64,000 bases of DNA from Epiperipatus broadwayi (lineage: Eukaryota; Animalia; Onychophora), in assembly GCA_028023455.1 (NCBI GenBank), contig JAQFVV010000005.1, positions 16,926,001 to 16,990,000 on the forward strand. The letters run 5' to 3'. Of this stretch, positions 12,101 through 27,100 are shown in pieces. Within the stretch, counting starts at the first letter, position 1, and every line of letters starts with the position of its first letter. Below the pieces are notes generated by a model. That model saw only the letters and a program-made list of their open reading frames with translations. It did no database searches and was not told the origin of the DNA. The translations under genes and the position numbers were made by a program.

Positions 12101-15100
12101 CTGTACCCTGTAAATGATTAGAAGCCACTGCTATTTGTTCTTCAGGTTTGCATTGATGAAATCGGAAAAGTTCTTCTAAACTTTCCAAATGTGTCAAAGA
12201 ACTTTTGCCAACATTACCTCTAAAAGCTCTTACTTGGATGCTTTTGGCAACTAGTTGACTAATTAAAATGTGTACCTATGGGTTCTAACCAAACAGTATT
12301 CATATTCATATCATTATTATTAATCACTGGCGTCTGTTCTATCTTTTCTAAAATAGTTTGTTTATCTCATTCCTTCTTAAGACTGTCAAATGTATCATTA
12401 ATCTCTGGTTTTAGATTATTTTGCAGTTATACTGCTTTTTCCTCCAAATATTCACTATATTAAATTTTTCATCAATATCTTTGATTTGAAAGTTAAATGA
12501 TCAAGCAATTCTTTTTTAATTATATTGATCTTCCATTACTTCCAAAATAATATCCATTTTTCTTTGTTTTTTTCAAAATACCTCAGTATTATTTTCATTT
12601 CTTCTACTTTATCAATCCTTTCTCTTACTTTGTGAACTTTATCATTTAATTCTATCCTAATCTCCTCTAATTGTTCTTTATTTCACATTGAACTTTTCCT
12701 ATTTTTTCTTTTACTTCCAGTCTTTGTTGAATTATCCACAGTATTTCTTTCACTTCTTGCTGCAGACTTTTCATCACTAGTCTCTGATTTTCATCCATTT
12801 TCTGTTGCAGGTTTTCATTATTTTCCTCATATTTTGATCCATTCTTTGCATGTTTTCATTCATTTGAGTCATACTCTGCTGATTTTCATTCATTTGTTTC
12901 GTATTCTCATCCATTTTCTATTGCAAATTTTCATTCATCTGACTCATTCTTTTCAACATTTGACTAAATATTTCCATATTAAACGTATCATAATTTTCTT
13001 TTCAACTATTTTTATAGGTTTATTTTCCCTAATTACAATCTGAGGTTCCTTAAAGGTTATCTCAGGGCTTTTCGGGTTCTACTACTTCAACTTGTGGCTC
13101 AGGACTAACACTACTAGCTTCCTTTTCTTGACCATCTTTTTCTCTATCTCCACCTAAATTTTGTTCCACTAATATAAATAATTGAAATATTAATTAGTTT
13201 TTTCCCAAAAACGAAAACAAAACCAAATGAATTCTCTACATTTTATTTTCATCAAAACGATCAAGTAAAATTTTTACTTTGCAGTTTAATTTTAAAATTT
13301 TAAATTAATACAAAATATATTTTATAATAAAAAAAAATATAAATGGCTCTACAATATTGAAACTTATATCTTTTTAAATTAAAAAAAAAAAAAAAATCAT
13401 TAAATTGTATTAACTATCTCAAAGTTTTTCATTTTATTGTAAATTCATCAAATTGATAAGCCAAAATTTATATAAAAAAAATTATATTCTCTATTCATCA
13501 AATTGAAATTCATCAAATTTATATAAAAAAAATTATATTCTTCAATACCTCAAGATGCTTTAATTCTATCTAATTAAAGATAAAGACATAATTTATTAAA
13601 ATCAATAAACAAAATTTATCAGGTCTCAAACCATGAATAAGTCTAAGTCAAAAAAAAAAAAAAAATTCTTATATTTTTAATTATCTCAAAGTGCTTTATA
13701 TTATCAAGCTCTACTCATTAACGCCAAATTAAAAATACTATTCCTATCTCTCAAGTATGAGGTCATCATAGCTCCAAAGGTTACATGGCCAAAATGATAA
13801 AAAAAATACAAACTATCTTTTTCTTCCTCAAGGTATAAGTTTATCAAAGCTCTATAAATTGGGTAAGTGATAAAAAATATATAACTACTCTTCTTTCTCA
13901 GAATCAAAGTTCATCATTGCCCCAATAGAGAAAGTTATTGACAACAATGTAAAGGTTTAAGTATGGGTAATTGTTTAAATAGATTGTTAGCATCATTATA
14001 AATGAATCACTTTGAACAAAAGTAATTTTATAAAACTAAGTACAAGCCAATATTTCATGTAAGATATATGGATGATTATTTTTTGTTGTTTAATGGTCTG
14101 AAAGTTTTTAGAAATATATTAATTTAATAGATAAAAAGATTCAATTTACAATAGAAAAAGAAATAAATAATATGATAACTTATACGGATACTAAAATTAA
14201 AAAGATAATAAATAATGACGGAATAAATATTGAACATGTATATATAGCAGGGTGGCCAAACTTTTATATGTTGGGGGGTGACTAAGGATGACTATGTTTT
14301 TTTCAGAACTTCGAACTGGAAACCAGAAAATTTTTGTGCCATTTTATGCTTATTTTATCGTAAATTCATAGTTTTATCGGTATTTAAATTTTAATTCCAA
14401 AAAAATCCACTATTGACAGTATTTTTCGCAAAAAATTGATTTCTGACTGCAGTCTATTGTATATAATCCTGCCTCTATTCCTTTATAAAATGCCACAAAG
14501 CACTGACTGTCAACTCCGGCTATTGTTCTCCAGACGTTTCTGTCAGTCAGAAATCAAACCCAAATGTTTTATGCCTTCGTAATAGACTTTGAACATAAAT
14601 AAATATATTTCTCATAATTTTTTACATTCGTAATTAAGCTTTTCTATTAATTTACCTAAATATAAACTTTGATTGGAAAATTTTTATATTTTACAATCAA
14701 GAATCAAGAAAAAATGAATAGTGCTAGACCACTATTCAAGACAAGTGAATAACACGGACCGCTATTTGCATATCAATGTCATTCAGTGATAGCTAGCAAA
14801 AGGCAACTATTTTTCATAAATATTTATGGATTTTATGATTACTTTTTACACTATATTGACTAATAATGTGGCTAGATTTAGATTTTTACTTAAAATATTT
14901 AATTTTAGATAAAGAAAAGACATCAGAAGTGAATAATCAGCTATCGTAATTTCTAAGACATACCAGCATTTTCACATAATGATTGGTTGAAATATAATTC
15001 CTTTGTTTTACTGCAGATTATTTTACATATGTTTTTCTTCAGTTATTAACATTATTTTAAATTTTTCATTACATTTAATCAATTTGAATGTAAAATAATT

Positions 15101-18100
15101 CAATTTTTAGAAGCTAAATTAAAACAATTCTGATTATTGTACATTAATATATTTCAGAAAGGAAACTAGCTAGATCTGTATTTAACGATTCAAATCACTC
15201 AAATTTTTATTCAATGTGGCCAATAAGAAAATTCATCAGACAAAAGATTAAATTACTTCAGCTCCCTCTAGTATTATAATTTGTACATGTCGCTTTATAA
15301 AGTCACCTAGAAAGTATATAAAGCATCAAAATTTATCAAGTCCATACCATTTAACTGTTTTAGCACGATAATTTATCAAATTATTGGGAAAGAAATCAAT
15401 CACATAAACCACAGATTTTGATTTAGATATTTCCTTCCTTATGTATTTATTTATTTGTATAGTCATTTTTGTATGGCTTCCAGACATCCACGAACCATTA
15501 CAATATATATGTGTGCACATGTGGATATATATATATCTGCATAACTATATTGCTCAAATTCTCCAAATTATAATTTAACAATATTATTATTAAATAAATA
15601 TTTGAAAGCAAATTAATGCATAATCCAATATTGATTTCGTTAGAATAAGATCTATCCCCAATTAAACAGTAAGTTTTCATAGATGAGTCTTTAATTAAAA
15701 GTAAAACGCTTCACTTTTAGAAACACAGCAGCATAAAATGATTATTTTTGTCAAGATAACAAAATGCCTATTTTATAACTTATATATCAAAATTTACAAT
15801 TTATCAATAAATTTTTAAATGTTTAACTTCTTTATTTTTATGATGATTCTAGTTTTACAGCTTTATTATTTAGTTTTATGGAACATATGATACTTTAATA
15901 TTAAATCTACTGAGATTATTGTGAAAATTGCATCTTCAAACAAATGCATAAAAATAATCACTAACTTTATATGACTTCTTTATTATCCTTATTATTCTAT
16001 TTACCTATCCTCTAACTTTTCACTTCTTATATCCACTCTCTTCTCTTAATTTTACTAAATCCCCACTTGTCATTTAGCATTTCATCTAAATACATTTACC
16101 ATTTTATCTAGCAGAAATTGAAGCAAATCAACAAAATTACTTTAGAACTTCATCTATCTACTTTTAAAACATTTAATTTTATAAATATCTGCCTCATACA
16201 AATTTCCCAATTGAAATAAACTGAGAGAGTGCAAACCTCTCAAGCGTTTAGCCAATCAGATCGCAATACTGGGACAGAGAATTTAATAAGAAAAGAGCGG
16301 TTCCACTCTATTTTACTTGTCTGACTATAAATCCAAGCCAGTCCAACGTACTTAGATCTGCCAGCGTGAATCTTAAATATCTTCACACTTAACTCACTGA
16401 GTTCCAATTATAAACATACAGCGTGAAATCTTTCGATTTACTACGCAGAAGTTTTTAGATGTTATAACTTGCAGCAATATATGTAAATAATATTTTATTT
16501 CTACAAATGCGGATGGAATTGAAATAAACTGAAAGAGTGCTGTATGTTTATAATTAGAACTCAGTGAGTTAAGTGTGAAGATATTTAAGATTCACGCTGG
16601 CAGATCTAAGTACTTTGGACTGGCTTGGATATATTAGACAGACAAGTAAAGAATAGAGTGGAACCGCTCTTTTCTTATTAAATTCTCTGTCCCAGTATTG
16701 CGATCTGATTGGCTAAACGCTTGAGAGGTTTGCACTCTCAGTTTATTTCAATTCCGTCTGCGTTTGTAGAAATAAAATATTATTTACATATATTGCTGCA
16801 AGTTATAACATCTAAAAACTACTGCGTAGTGAATTGAAAGATTTCACACTGTATGTTTATAATTAGAACTCAGTGAGTTAAGTGTGAAGATATTTAAGAT
16901 TCACGCTGGCAGATCTAAGTACTTTGGACTGGTTTGGATATATAGACAGACAAGTAAAGAATAGTGGAACCGCTCTTTTCTTATTAAATTCTCTGTCCCA
17001 GTATTGCGATCTGATTGGCTAAACGCTTGAGAGGTTTGCACTCTCTCAGTTTATTTCAATTCCATCTGCGTTTGTAGAAATAAAATATTATTTCCCAATT
17101 GTAATTTTTCCTTCTACTTTTTATTTTTTAAATCTCTGTCAAAATAATCCACTATATATCTTCAAAATATTTTTTTCACATTCGACATAGCAAATATTAA
17201 TATTTGTCCATCCGAAATATGTTTCCACAAATTATCAGAATTGTACTGATATCTCCTAATTAATGTACCCTTTAAACTATAAAATCCATCTTATATTTTT
17301 CATCACTTACTTTTTATTATAATATAATTAAACAAACCCAAACTCTTCTTTAATTACTCTTAAACATTTATTTATAACAATATGAAATATTCTGACAATA
17401 CAAATCAGTCAGAAAGTTGTAAATTAGACAGTGAAAATATTTTCCATTAAAAGTTATGCATTAAAAACTCTTACACTGCCAGGTTACCATCTTGAATTTA
17501 AAAAAAAAAAATTATAACAAATATAATTTATAATTTATCTTGTTTTAATACAATAAATATATACATTGTTAGAAAGAGGAAATATGAAAGAATGTAATAA
17601 AACTGATAAAATAGTCATTACCTTAAAAAATAAAAATAAAAAAAAGAGATTTTAACACATTTAAACATATTTATTTTTACATTGGTTCACAAAATCTAAA
17701 TTTTGAAAGTTATATGTTAAAATTACAATTTCATAGACAGCTTCATCACATTTGTCATAAAATGCTTTAAAAAATGATATATAATATGACTTACCCGAGG
17801 TAATTTTTCAGTGTAAAAATTACAAAAAAATATGTGATTGGTGACTTCCATTTTTACTAGCTAACCTAGATCCTGTCCTTCCATATCAGGGTATCTGCTA
17901 AAAATGTTTGCCTGTCTTTCCATACAGGGGATCTATTAGAAATATGTTTGGTTTTTAATGGGGAAAAAATAACAGGAATAGTTTGAGAGATATTATGCAA
18001 AGAGAACTTTAGTAAACTGTAATGTATTATATATTATTATATTACATTATTGAAAAATGGGGTGTGAACTAAAATGTGTATTCTTTTCAAGTAAAAAGTG

Positions 18101-21100
18101 TACTTAAATAAATATCAAACAGTAAAAACAACTTACGAGATAATACGCAAAGAGAACTTTAGTAAATTGCAATGTATTATTATATATTAATTATTATATT
18201 ATTGAAAAATGGGTTGTGACCTAAAATATGTATTCTTTTCAAGTAAAAAGTGTACTCAAATAAATATCAAACAGTAAGAACAACTTATGATATATTATGC
18301 AAAGAGAATTTTAATAAATTGTAATTAATATTTATTATATAAAGCGCAGACGGTATTGAAATTAAACTGAGAGAGTGCAAACTTCTCAAGCGCTTATGAC
18401 TATCACCAGCCAATCAGATCAAGCACTGAGACAGAGAATTTAACAAGAAAAAGGTGGTTCCACCTTCTTCTTTACTTGTCTTTCTATATATCCAAACCAG
18501 TCTAAAGTACTTAGATCTGAAAGCATGAATCTTAAATATCTTCAGACTGGCTTGGATATATAGAAAGACAAGTAAAGAAGAAGGTGGAACCACCTTTTTC
18601 TTGTTAAATTCTCTGTCTCAGTGCTTGATCTTATTGGCTGGTGATAGTCATAAGCGCTTGAGAAGTTTGCACTCTCTCAGTTTATTTTTAATAAATTGTA
18701 ATGTATTATTATATATTAATTATTGTATTATTGAAAAATGAGGTGTGACCTTAAATATGTATTATTTTCAAATAAAAAGTGTACTCAAAAAAAAATATAT
18801 ATATAAAAAAAGTTTCGCTAAGAGAAAATGAATAAAAACTGCAACTAAATCAATAAACATCAAAATAAATACATTTATTATGAGCACTGATTATATATGC
18901 GTGTGGGAGATGATATATGATAGTGGATAGCTGAAGGAGCATGTCTTATTGTCATTGAAATGTAAATTGTCTAAAATTCTACAGCATATTTATTCCTTTT
19001 CTACACATATTTCATTTTATATAAAAACATAAATAATAAAAAACAAGTAATAAAAAACACTACTTAATGAATTCCTGGCCAGCGCGACTCATCAACGTTG
19101 ATTCCAAGTTCAAACTCTGGTCATGAAGAAGGCCTAGATGTAATTCCCATGCTTGTCCTGCAAATAAAATTACTTCACCAACTTTTTTTTGGTCAATGCA
19201 ATTTCTAGATCTGAATTATCACTAAAATTAGTTTCTACAAAAAAGAAGGCTTAGAATACATATGTTGGCAATCAGAGCAAGGAATCGAAACAAGCCGTGA
19301 GAGTCCTCACATTTTATGAATGTTAAATATAAAAAAAAAAGAAGACAAAAAAAAATTAAAAATTGCACTTCAAAAAAAAAAATCATAAAAAATTTAAATT
19401 TCATTGTAGGAAAAAAAATACATCTTTTTGAACAGAGAAGAATCACGAATACATACATCGGCAATTGAATAATCTCAGCAAGCAGCGCGAGTCCATTTCA
19501 ATAATAAAAACATTTTACAAATGCTAAATCTAAAAAAATAGAGAAAAAATAATTAAAAATTGCATCTCAAAACATAAAAAATCTAAATTTCATCGTAGAA
19601 AAAAAATGTATACATAATTTTAAGCATAACAAAATGGCGGATCGAATCGTCTGAGAACCATAAGTATGAGACGTACCGATTCCGTGCAAGCTCAATTTAA
19701 AATCTAAACTTCTGAAAAGGGGTATAAAAGGGGTTTTGGAAGTGAAAGAGTTTTAATTAAATTACATCATGACTTCCTGAACAATTACCAGCCTCATTTT
19801 TTTAACTCTATCTCCTCACCTTTATTTTAGGCTCAAATTTCTCACCAATATATAACATCATTTTCTTAGGTTTCTTCTCATAATCTTCTAAATACTGTCT
19901 TATCAACAAGGTTAATAAAATGAAGCCTCTAACTTCTTATGCTAGAACACCTTTGCTAAAACAAATAACTGAACATTTCATCTAATTGAACATCTCATCT
20001 ATAAAATAAATAAATAAAATTAGAGATAAATAATAGTCCAGAAAAAACAATTCCACTATATTAATATCCTCTTACTTTAGCAGACTATTTACTTTACGCA
20101 TATTATCTTTTATATGACTTGATTATTCATATTTTCAATGCAATATACTTCCCCTTTCTAAAGATCTCTTCCCAATAATTACTTTCAATTCCAATTGTAT
20201 ATCTTCTATTTCTATCTTTCCTAAATTCAAATTGAATCTCAAATATAACATAACTGGCTGTGTTGAAACTGAATCAGTCATTCAAATTCTTACATTTTTC
20301 TCTATTAAATTTATGATTACGTTAGAATTGTAACAATTGAGAGAAAATCCCTAGCCAACGGCCAATTCATTTAGAGTAAATCAATCTTCTACACATTTAT
20401 ATTTAATTTCAGTTTTAAGTTTTAGACTCTTCCACTAGCCTCACACAATCTACTTCATCTTCACTCTGTAACATAGATGAAGGATAAATCTCCATGATAG
20501 CAAGTCCTTTCAATACATCTGTTATAATGAATAACTCGTATCTACTTCATTAATACTGACCTATTTTTTCCAATTAAATTATTTTATTCCATCATATCTT
20601 AAATTATCTCTTCTTTATGATTATCCTATCTCTTTACATTCTTTTTCCAGTTAACTTTATTTTCTTATATTAGTACCTCTTTTCAATTCTTGTTAAAATT
20701 CCTACAGATATTTTCTATAGTGTTTATACTTTTTCTTCTCTCAACCATTTTGTTCACTGTATCAATATTTAATTTTTAATCAATATTAATCTAGTATATG
20801 TTTTTAATTTCTATACTGCAACTCCTTATAAACATTTTTAAAAAAATTTCTATCAACAGAAAATTAAAATTTAACTATTTCTTATGTATATATAACATTG
20901 GAATAACATACTTGAACTTTTCTTCCTATTACTCATCCCCTACCACTTCAATTTATCTATAACTTAAATTTTTCCTATCTATAATTATTTTTGGCATAAG
21001 ATATTTGAAATGTTTTTAATTATCACTTCCCCCTCCTTCAATTTATTAATGATCTCTTTTTCCTGAAGTACAAACTCAAACTCATAATATAACTAAATTT

Positions 21101-24100
21101 ATCACTGTCAATTATTTATCTACATTTATTTTTGGTTTAACATATTTGAAATTTTTCCTTTATCACTTCTTTCCAACCTTCTCCCATTTTCAATTTATCA
21201 ATGACCTTTTTTATTCTTATTTATTCAATTTGGCTTAAAATGTAAACTTATTCAAAAATTAACAAATTGTAATTTCTGTCATGAGCTGACACTGTAATAC
21301 TGTTCTAAAATCTGTTTTGGACTAATTCACTATCTGATATCCACGTCTATCACTTAATAATTATTATACAAGTAGAGCCATTGAACATCTAATAAGTATC
21401 TTCAATAATAATCTGATGTAAATAAAGTATACCATTAGGAGAAACTAAATGTGAGTGTATTCCAATTCCTACAATTGATTTTATCCAATTAACTTACTTT
21501 AATTCAAGTTACCTACTGATGTTAATTCCTGTGACTTCTAGAGTTAGACGATAGATGTCGCTATTATTTGATTGTTGGAAATTAAAAATTTATAATCATT
21601 GAAATTAACTGACAGCCAAAAAATATTGTGTACAAAAATATTATCTACTCATTAAAGCTAAACTTCTGAGCACAATTTTTCACTTGTAACATCAGTGACT
21701 TTGTTCATACTTAGTTCCCCCCCCCCAATGTGTCATAGCATCTGCCGGGAAGCGAACCCACTAACCCGGGGCAACTGCTTATAAAGCAGCTGTCGCTGAC
21801 CTCTCGACCACCAATGCTTGACAACGTTCATACTTAGTTAGAAGCAACAAGTTCTGCAATTAACAGTGTCTATCAAATCAATAAGACTAATTAATAGCCA
21901 AGAATTTAAAACTCAAGAGCATTCCAAAATCTGATACAAGCATCAACATCATGAAAAATATGTATAAAATATTTCAATGTAAGTACATTCTTTTCTATTA
22001 GTTAGTCCATCAATAATCAGAAGAAAAAAAATGTCGACTAATAATAAGAAAGCTCTACGAGTTTGGGCAGAACTCAAGGAATATCATCTTTGATAGCTGT
22101 GAATGCTGAACACACTAGTTTTCTAGATGTACTCTCAAAATTCACCAAACCTTAATTTTTATTTTATTTTATAGGTTACAAAGAATCAATATCTAAAGTG
22201 TTTAAATCACATAAGTACTTTTGTGGATGAATTATATTTGTTTGTATATAAACATACTCATGAATTTGCAGCACATTGATAATGATTCATATTCATGTCA
22301 TAAAAAACAAGACCATTATGAAATCTAAATTTCAGTGATGAATTTCACTGGCATCCAGCAGTAATCAGTTCATAGTGTACAACATAATTTTATTTATCAA
22401 ATAACTAAGACAAAAAAAATCAAGCACACACATGATCACGTGTTTTATATACTTTGAGGATGTAATATAAAACAAAAATTATAAATTCTTTTAGAACTTA
22501 TTTATTCATAATTTTAAGCAGTTAATTTTATGATAAGTTTGAACAAAAATATATATTATAGAATGTGCAACGTAACATCTTCCAATACATTATAATCTTT
22601 TTTTCATTACAAAATTATAAAAATGTTATCACAAGATAATGGGAAAATGTCTAATACATGAAAGGGTAAAAGGCAAAATATGAACTATAAATAATGTTAA
22701 GTATGATACATTAGCATAACTTGATTGAAAAACATATGAATTGAGACATTTGTTGACTAAAATATAATATCATTGCACTAAAACATAAACATTAAATGTA
22801 ACAATATAGAGAATTAAATATATATATATATTACCTCCAATTCCTCATTATCTTTATTCAGCAAAACCAATTCGGGATTGCGACCTGGTATTTTGATAAA
22901 TTCAACATTATGACTAAAATGCTCATTAAGGATAAATAAATACAAAAATAAATTTCATCTTACATATTGTTCAGTGTATTTACCTAAGAACTCCAAAAAT
23001 CAAATATATTAAATTATCATCTATTAATTTTATTGAGATACAATATCTTAATTACAAAACAATACAAAAATATGATTAAATTCTACTTAAAGTCTCAAAA
23101 AATTAAAAACATAGAAAAGATATGGCAGATAATCCCTCCATCACCTTATTTTATCTAAATATTACATATGCATAAAAATTTGCAACACCCATATGTCATT
23201 AGCAGCCATCAAAATAAGTATGACCATTCTAATTCTACAGAAGAGACGAACTACAAGTTGAAATGAGTTTTACAATGATTATACAAATAGACAAGAAATC
23301 ATAAATATGTCTTCATATATCATAAATTGGTTCTTTAGTTTAAAAAGGTCTTTAATAGCAAACTTTTCTTGAGTGAAAAATTTCAATGCCTTGCAGAATT
23401 GTAGTTCACCAAAGCATTCTATCCTTAGTTGTATAAGATGGAGTGGATAGTTATAGGGAGTTTGAAAGTCTAAGTTCAAGTCTTGTCTAATTACATTAAA
23501 TTAGTAAAGACAATATACATGTATTTAAATATTATATATATATGAGAGAGAGAGAAATTGTGCAGCAAAGTATTCTAAATATGACATACTATTCAGGATT
23601 GAATAACAAGTCAGTTTAGCTGAATGGAAACAAGGAGGAAAAAAATCCTTTTCATCATTAACAAACTAACTGTTTTTTTATGAACTATTTTTAAAGAAAA
23701 TGGCAGTGAACTTTTTTTCTTTCATTCTATAACAGAAAAATAATTCAAGATGTTTTTATCATATTGTTCAAAATTGAATAATAATTTAACTTTGCGGTAT
23801 AATATGTATATATATGTTAAAGGACCACTTATAAATATAAATGCATTAAAAAATAAATTTTCTTCAACTTTCAGAAATAAATGGGTGGAGTACAAAAGCA
23901 TTAAAATCAGTCCCAAAGAATATTTATCTGAAAATATGTGATGCTGCCATTTTAATAGTAATTATATGTTGGACTATTTCCATCATCTAACTAACATTAA
24001 ACGTTGACTGTTTTTAGGAAAATACAAATTTTGTTTAAACTTTTCAAATATTAGTGCCATTAAGAAAACCTAAATGAACAAAAAGAAACATCAAAAAAAA

Positions 24101-27100
24101 CAAAACAATTATTGGTATTATAGTGTATTGATACATTCTTGGAATAGCAGACAAAGTAAAGAGAATCTAAAATCAATGTAACATCAGAACAGCTCCAAAG
24201 CCAAATCACACTTTAAGAAATGCTGAAAAACAAAAACTGCATTTATGAAATACCATGTAAATGTGAAAGGATATATATTGGTGAGGTCAGTCACCCCATT
24301 GATGAAAGAGTATAAGCCAGTTAGAAAAAAGGAAGCAGATGTATCTACAGTAGCAGACCATGTATGACCTCAATAAACATATGTTCAATTGGGAAAATAC
24401 AAAAATATTGGATAGAGAAGAAAAGTATAAAGAAGGAAATTCAAAGAAGTTGCTCACATAATCTAGTGTGATAATACATAATGTCTAAAAGTTATTAAAT
24501 AATCTTTGTTTTTAGGGGGAAAATGGAGAAATCAGAAGGACTCCTTTAGATAAGTACATGAAATTTCTACTGTTGCTTTTGCTTAAATAGTCTAATTGGT
24601 TGGTTCGAATGTCATCTTAAATTCAGCATTCAAGAATCAAAAAAATCCAGATTTGATGTCCATGCCAGTACAGACACCTGAAGAAGATAGGAGAATATCA
24701 CTAGAAATATTGTGTTATACACTAACCTGTGTATTATTATTAACAGTTGAATTGTATTTGAAAAGTTTAAATAGTTTTAATTTTTCAAATCTTCAACACT
24801 TAATATTAGATGATGGAAATAATTCAACATATAATTACTACTATCCTAAAGAATGATTTAAATAAACTTGCAATTAATATCCACTTTCTTGTATCAATTC
24901 CAATCTATTCATCAAATAAAACTTTTTAAATCTGATGAATAAACTATCATATAGACAACACTAGTAACAATGTTATTTAATTTTAATTTGTTTCTAGTAA
25001 CAATGTTACATATAAAATTAAAAATATAAATTATTTGGCTATTTTTTTGCTAAAATTGTTTGCAAATTCTAAAAAATATGTTGTCACCAGGAAAACATAT
25101 GTATGCAAAGTTTCAACTAGATTGGAAACTGGGGAATAAAAATTGAGTTTGATTCAAATATGGACAAAAAAATAGAGAAAGTTAAATAAAAGCATATAAA
25201 AAAATATATTTTACGCTTCTTTTTTAAAAAAAATAATAATAATTCTATTAAATTGTAACATTATTATAGAAATTCATTATTTTAAATACCATTAGAAATA
25301 TACTTCATCTTATTTTTGCTCTTTTAGTATTCAAAAAATAATATAAGCTTTATAAAAATATTTTCAATATAGTAATGCTTTATAAATACAATCATCAAAG
25401 AAAAATGTTTTAATACATCACAGCAATAGTTATATTTTTTCAAATTATATATAAATTAGAATATCAAAAAATTATGAAATAAAGTCTGGAACTGTACATA
25501 TTTCAACAAGACACCCTGTAAAATGGCGCAAACATGATTAATATTCTGGTACAAAGATGAACAGCTATAAATCAGAAATAATAAGCATTTATTGCCAATC
25601 AAATCTCCAGCATTACTTTATCTAATAACTTCAGCTTCAATATTTTTATTTAATCTGATCTACCATCATTATTCCAAATAACAAATATAAGGAATAAAAT
25701 ATTTCCATAATTCCAATTAAAAATAGTAATTCACACACAAAAAATTTCAAATCCTTTTTTGTTTTCATAATTTCAGACTTTGGTAGTTTGAAATGTAAAA
25801 AATGAGGTTTATTGATGCGTTGCTAAGCATGTTTAAATTAACAAGAAATAACGCCTAGTTATTTAAGCTTTCCTTACTACTCATTCTATTAAGTCTTCTA
25901 TACTGCTGCAGTTACTAAGTGGCATTTAAAAAAAAATTGTTGGATTAAACTTTATTGATAATTAACCTGCTCCTTAGAATAAAAAAAGTATTAAACATTG
26001 TGTTACTTTTTATTTTTGGACTGCATTATTTAATTGTTTTTGCAAACCAATACTTTATGCCTTAAGATATAAATTATAATTTTCAAAATATTTACATAAA
26101 TTTAAAAAAAACAATTATTTTCATAAAGTGAACTCTGTTATTAGATATTACTAGATTCCAGTGTATTTGAATCTCACAATCTACTATCATTCTGATAACA
26201 ATTAGTCAGTTAATGAGCAGTAAAATTAATTTCAATATGAGAAAAATAATGAAACGTTACAATTCTTCTTGACATTTTTTGGCACTTCATTCAATTTATC
26301 TCTCAATGTTACCATATTTAGACGTTATCAAAAAAAATTTTTTTTTCTAGGCCTAACTCTATGGAAAGTATTAAAAAGGATACTATAAAGGGACATCCTC
26401 AAAGATGAACTGCTTCACCTGAGGAAGACCATTCAGTCGTCATCCTCCGCAACTCTGAAAAAAAAAAAAATTATTACATATCAAATATACATATATATAA
26501 GTTGTTTGCTATAACTTTGTAATAAATTAAACCAAGCAATAACATGATTACCGTCAGCAGTTATCTGTTTTACTTGTCATCACATACATCTTCACAAAAA
26601 CATTTTCCTGTTGCACAATCTAAAAAGCTTTCTTATTTCATTTTTCCATCTCAAAATGCTTCTTATCTTTAGGTATGGTCAACAATTTTTCTAGTTCATA
26701 ATCTAGTTTCTATAATTGTTACAGTTATGGCAATAATACCAATCTGGCTGAAATCTGTTCATATCTTTTTCTACTTTTCTGGTCACTTCTATTCTTGAAT
26801 TTTATTTTAGAATTGAGAATTTGTTTCTCAACTATAAAACAAAATGGCAAGATACACTAATTAAGCTTATTTTTAAATGCAATCATGCTTCTTCTAAACA
26901 TTACATTAAATCCCATCTACATTAAAGCCGTATATGAGATAATTCAAATCCCAGCCTTGGTGTAGATACTGAAATTATGGACAGTAGCAAACCAAATTAA
27001 GTTTTTATCCCACACATGCATAGATACTGCATGTGTGTATAGTATACACACTGTAAATTAAAAAATAATTTTTATTTAAAACAGATAACTGGTACCATAA

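Noticed and set aside
14248-14300. hAT/Charlie-like terminus cagggtggccaaac
   Set aside because: No matching inverted terminus found
16220-16260. Pistol or hammerhead-like strings (CUCUCAAGCG, CUGAGAG) in the 308 unit
   Set aside because: Spacing does not accommodate the required helices or core
21738-21817. tRNA-Sec candidate because of the selenoprotein context
   Set aside because: No UCA anticodon and no Sec-type 9/4 acceptor/T arms; TSD-flanked retrocopy
24596-24856. 86-aa ORF with an LRR-like phrase
   Set aside because: Isolated, no recognisable homology, no consistent exon chain
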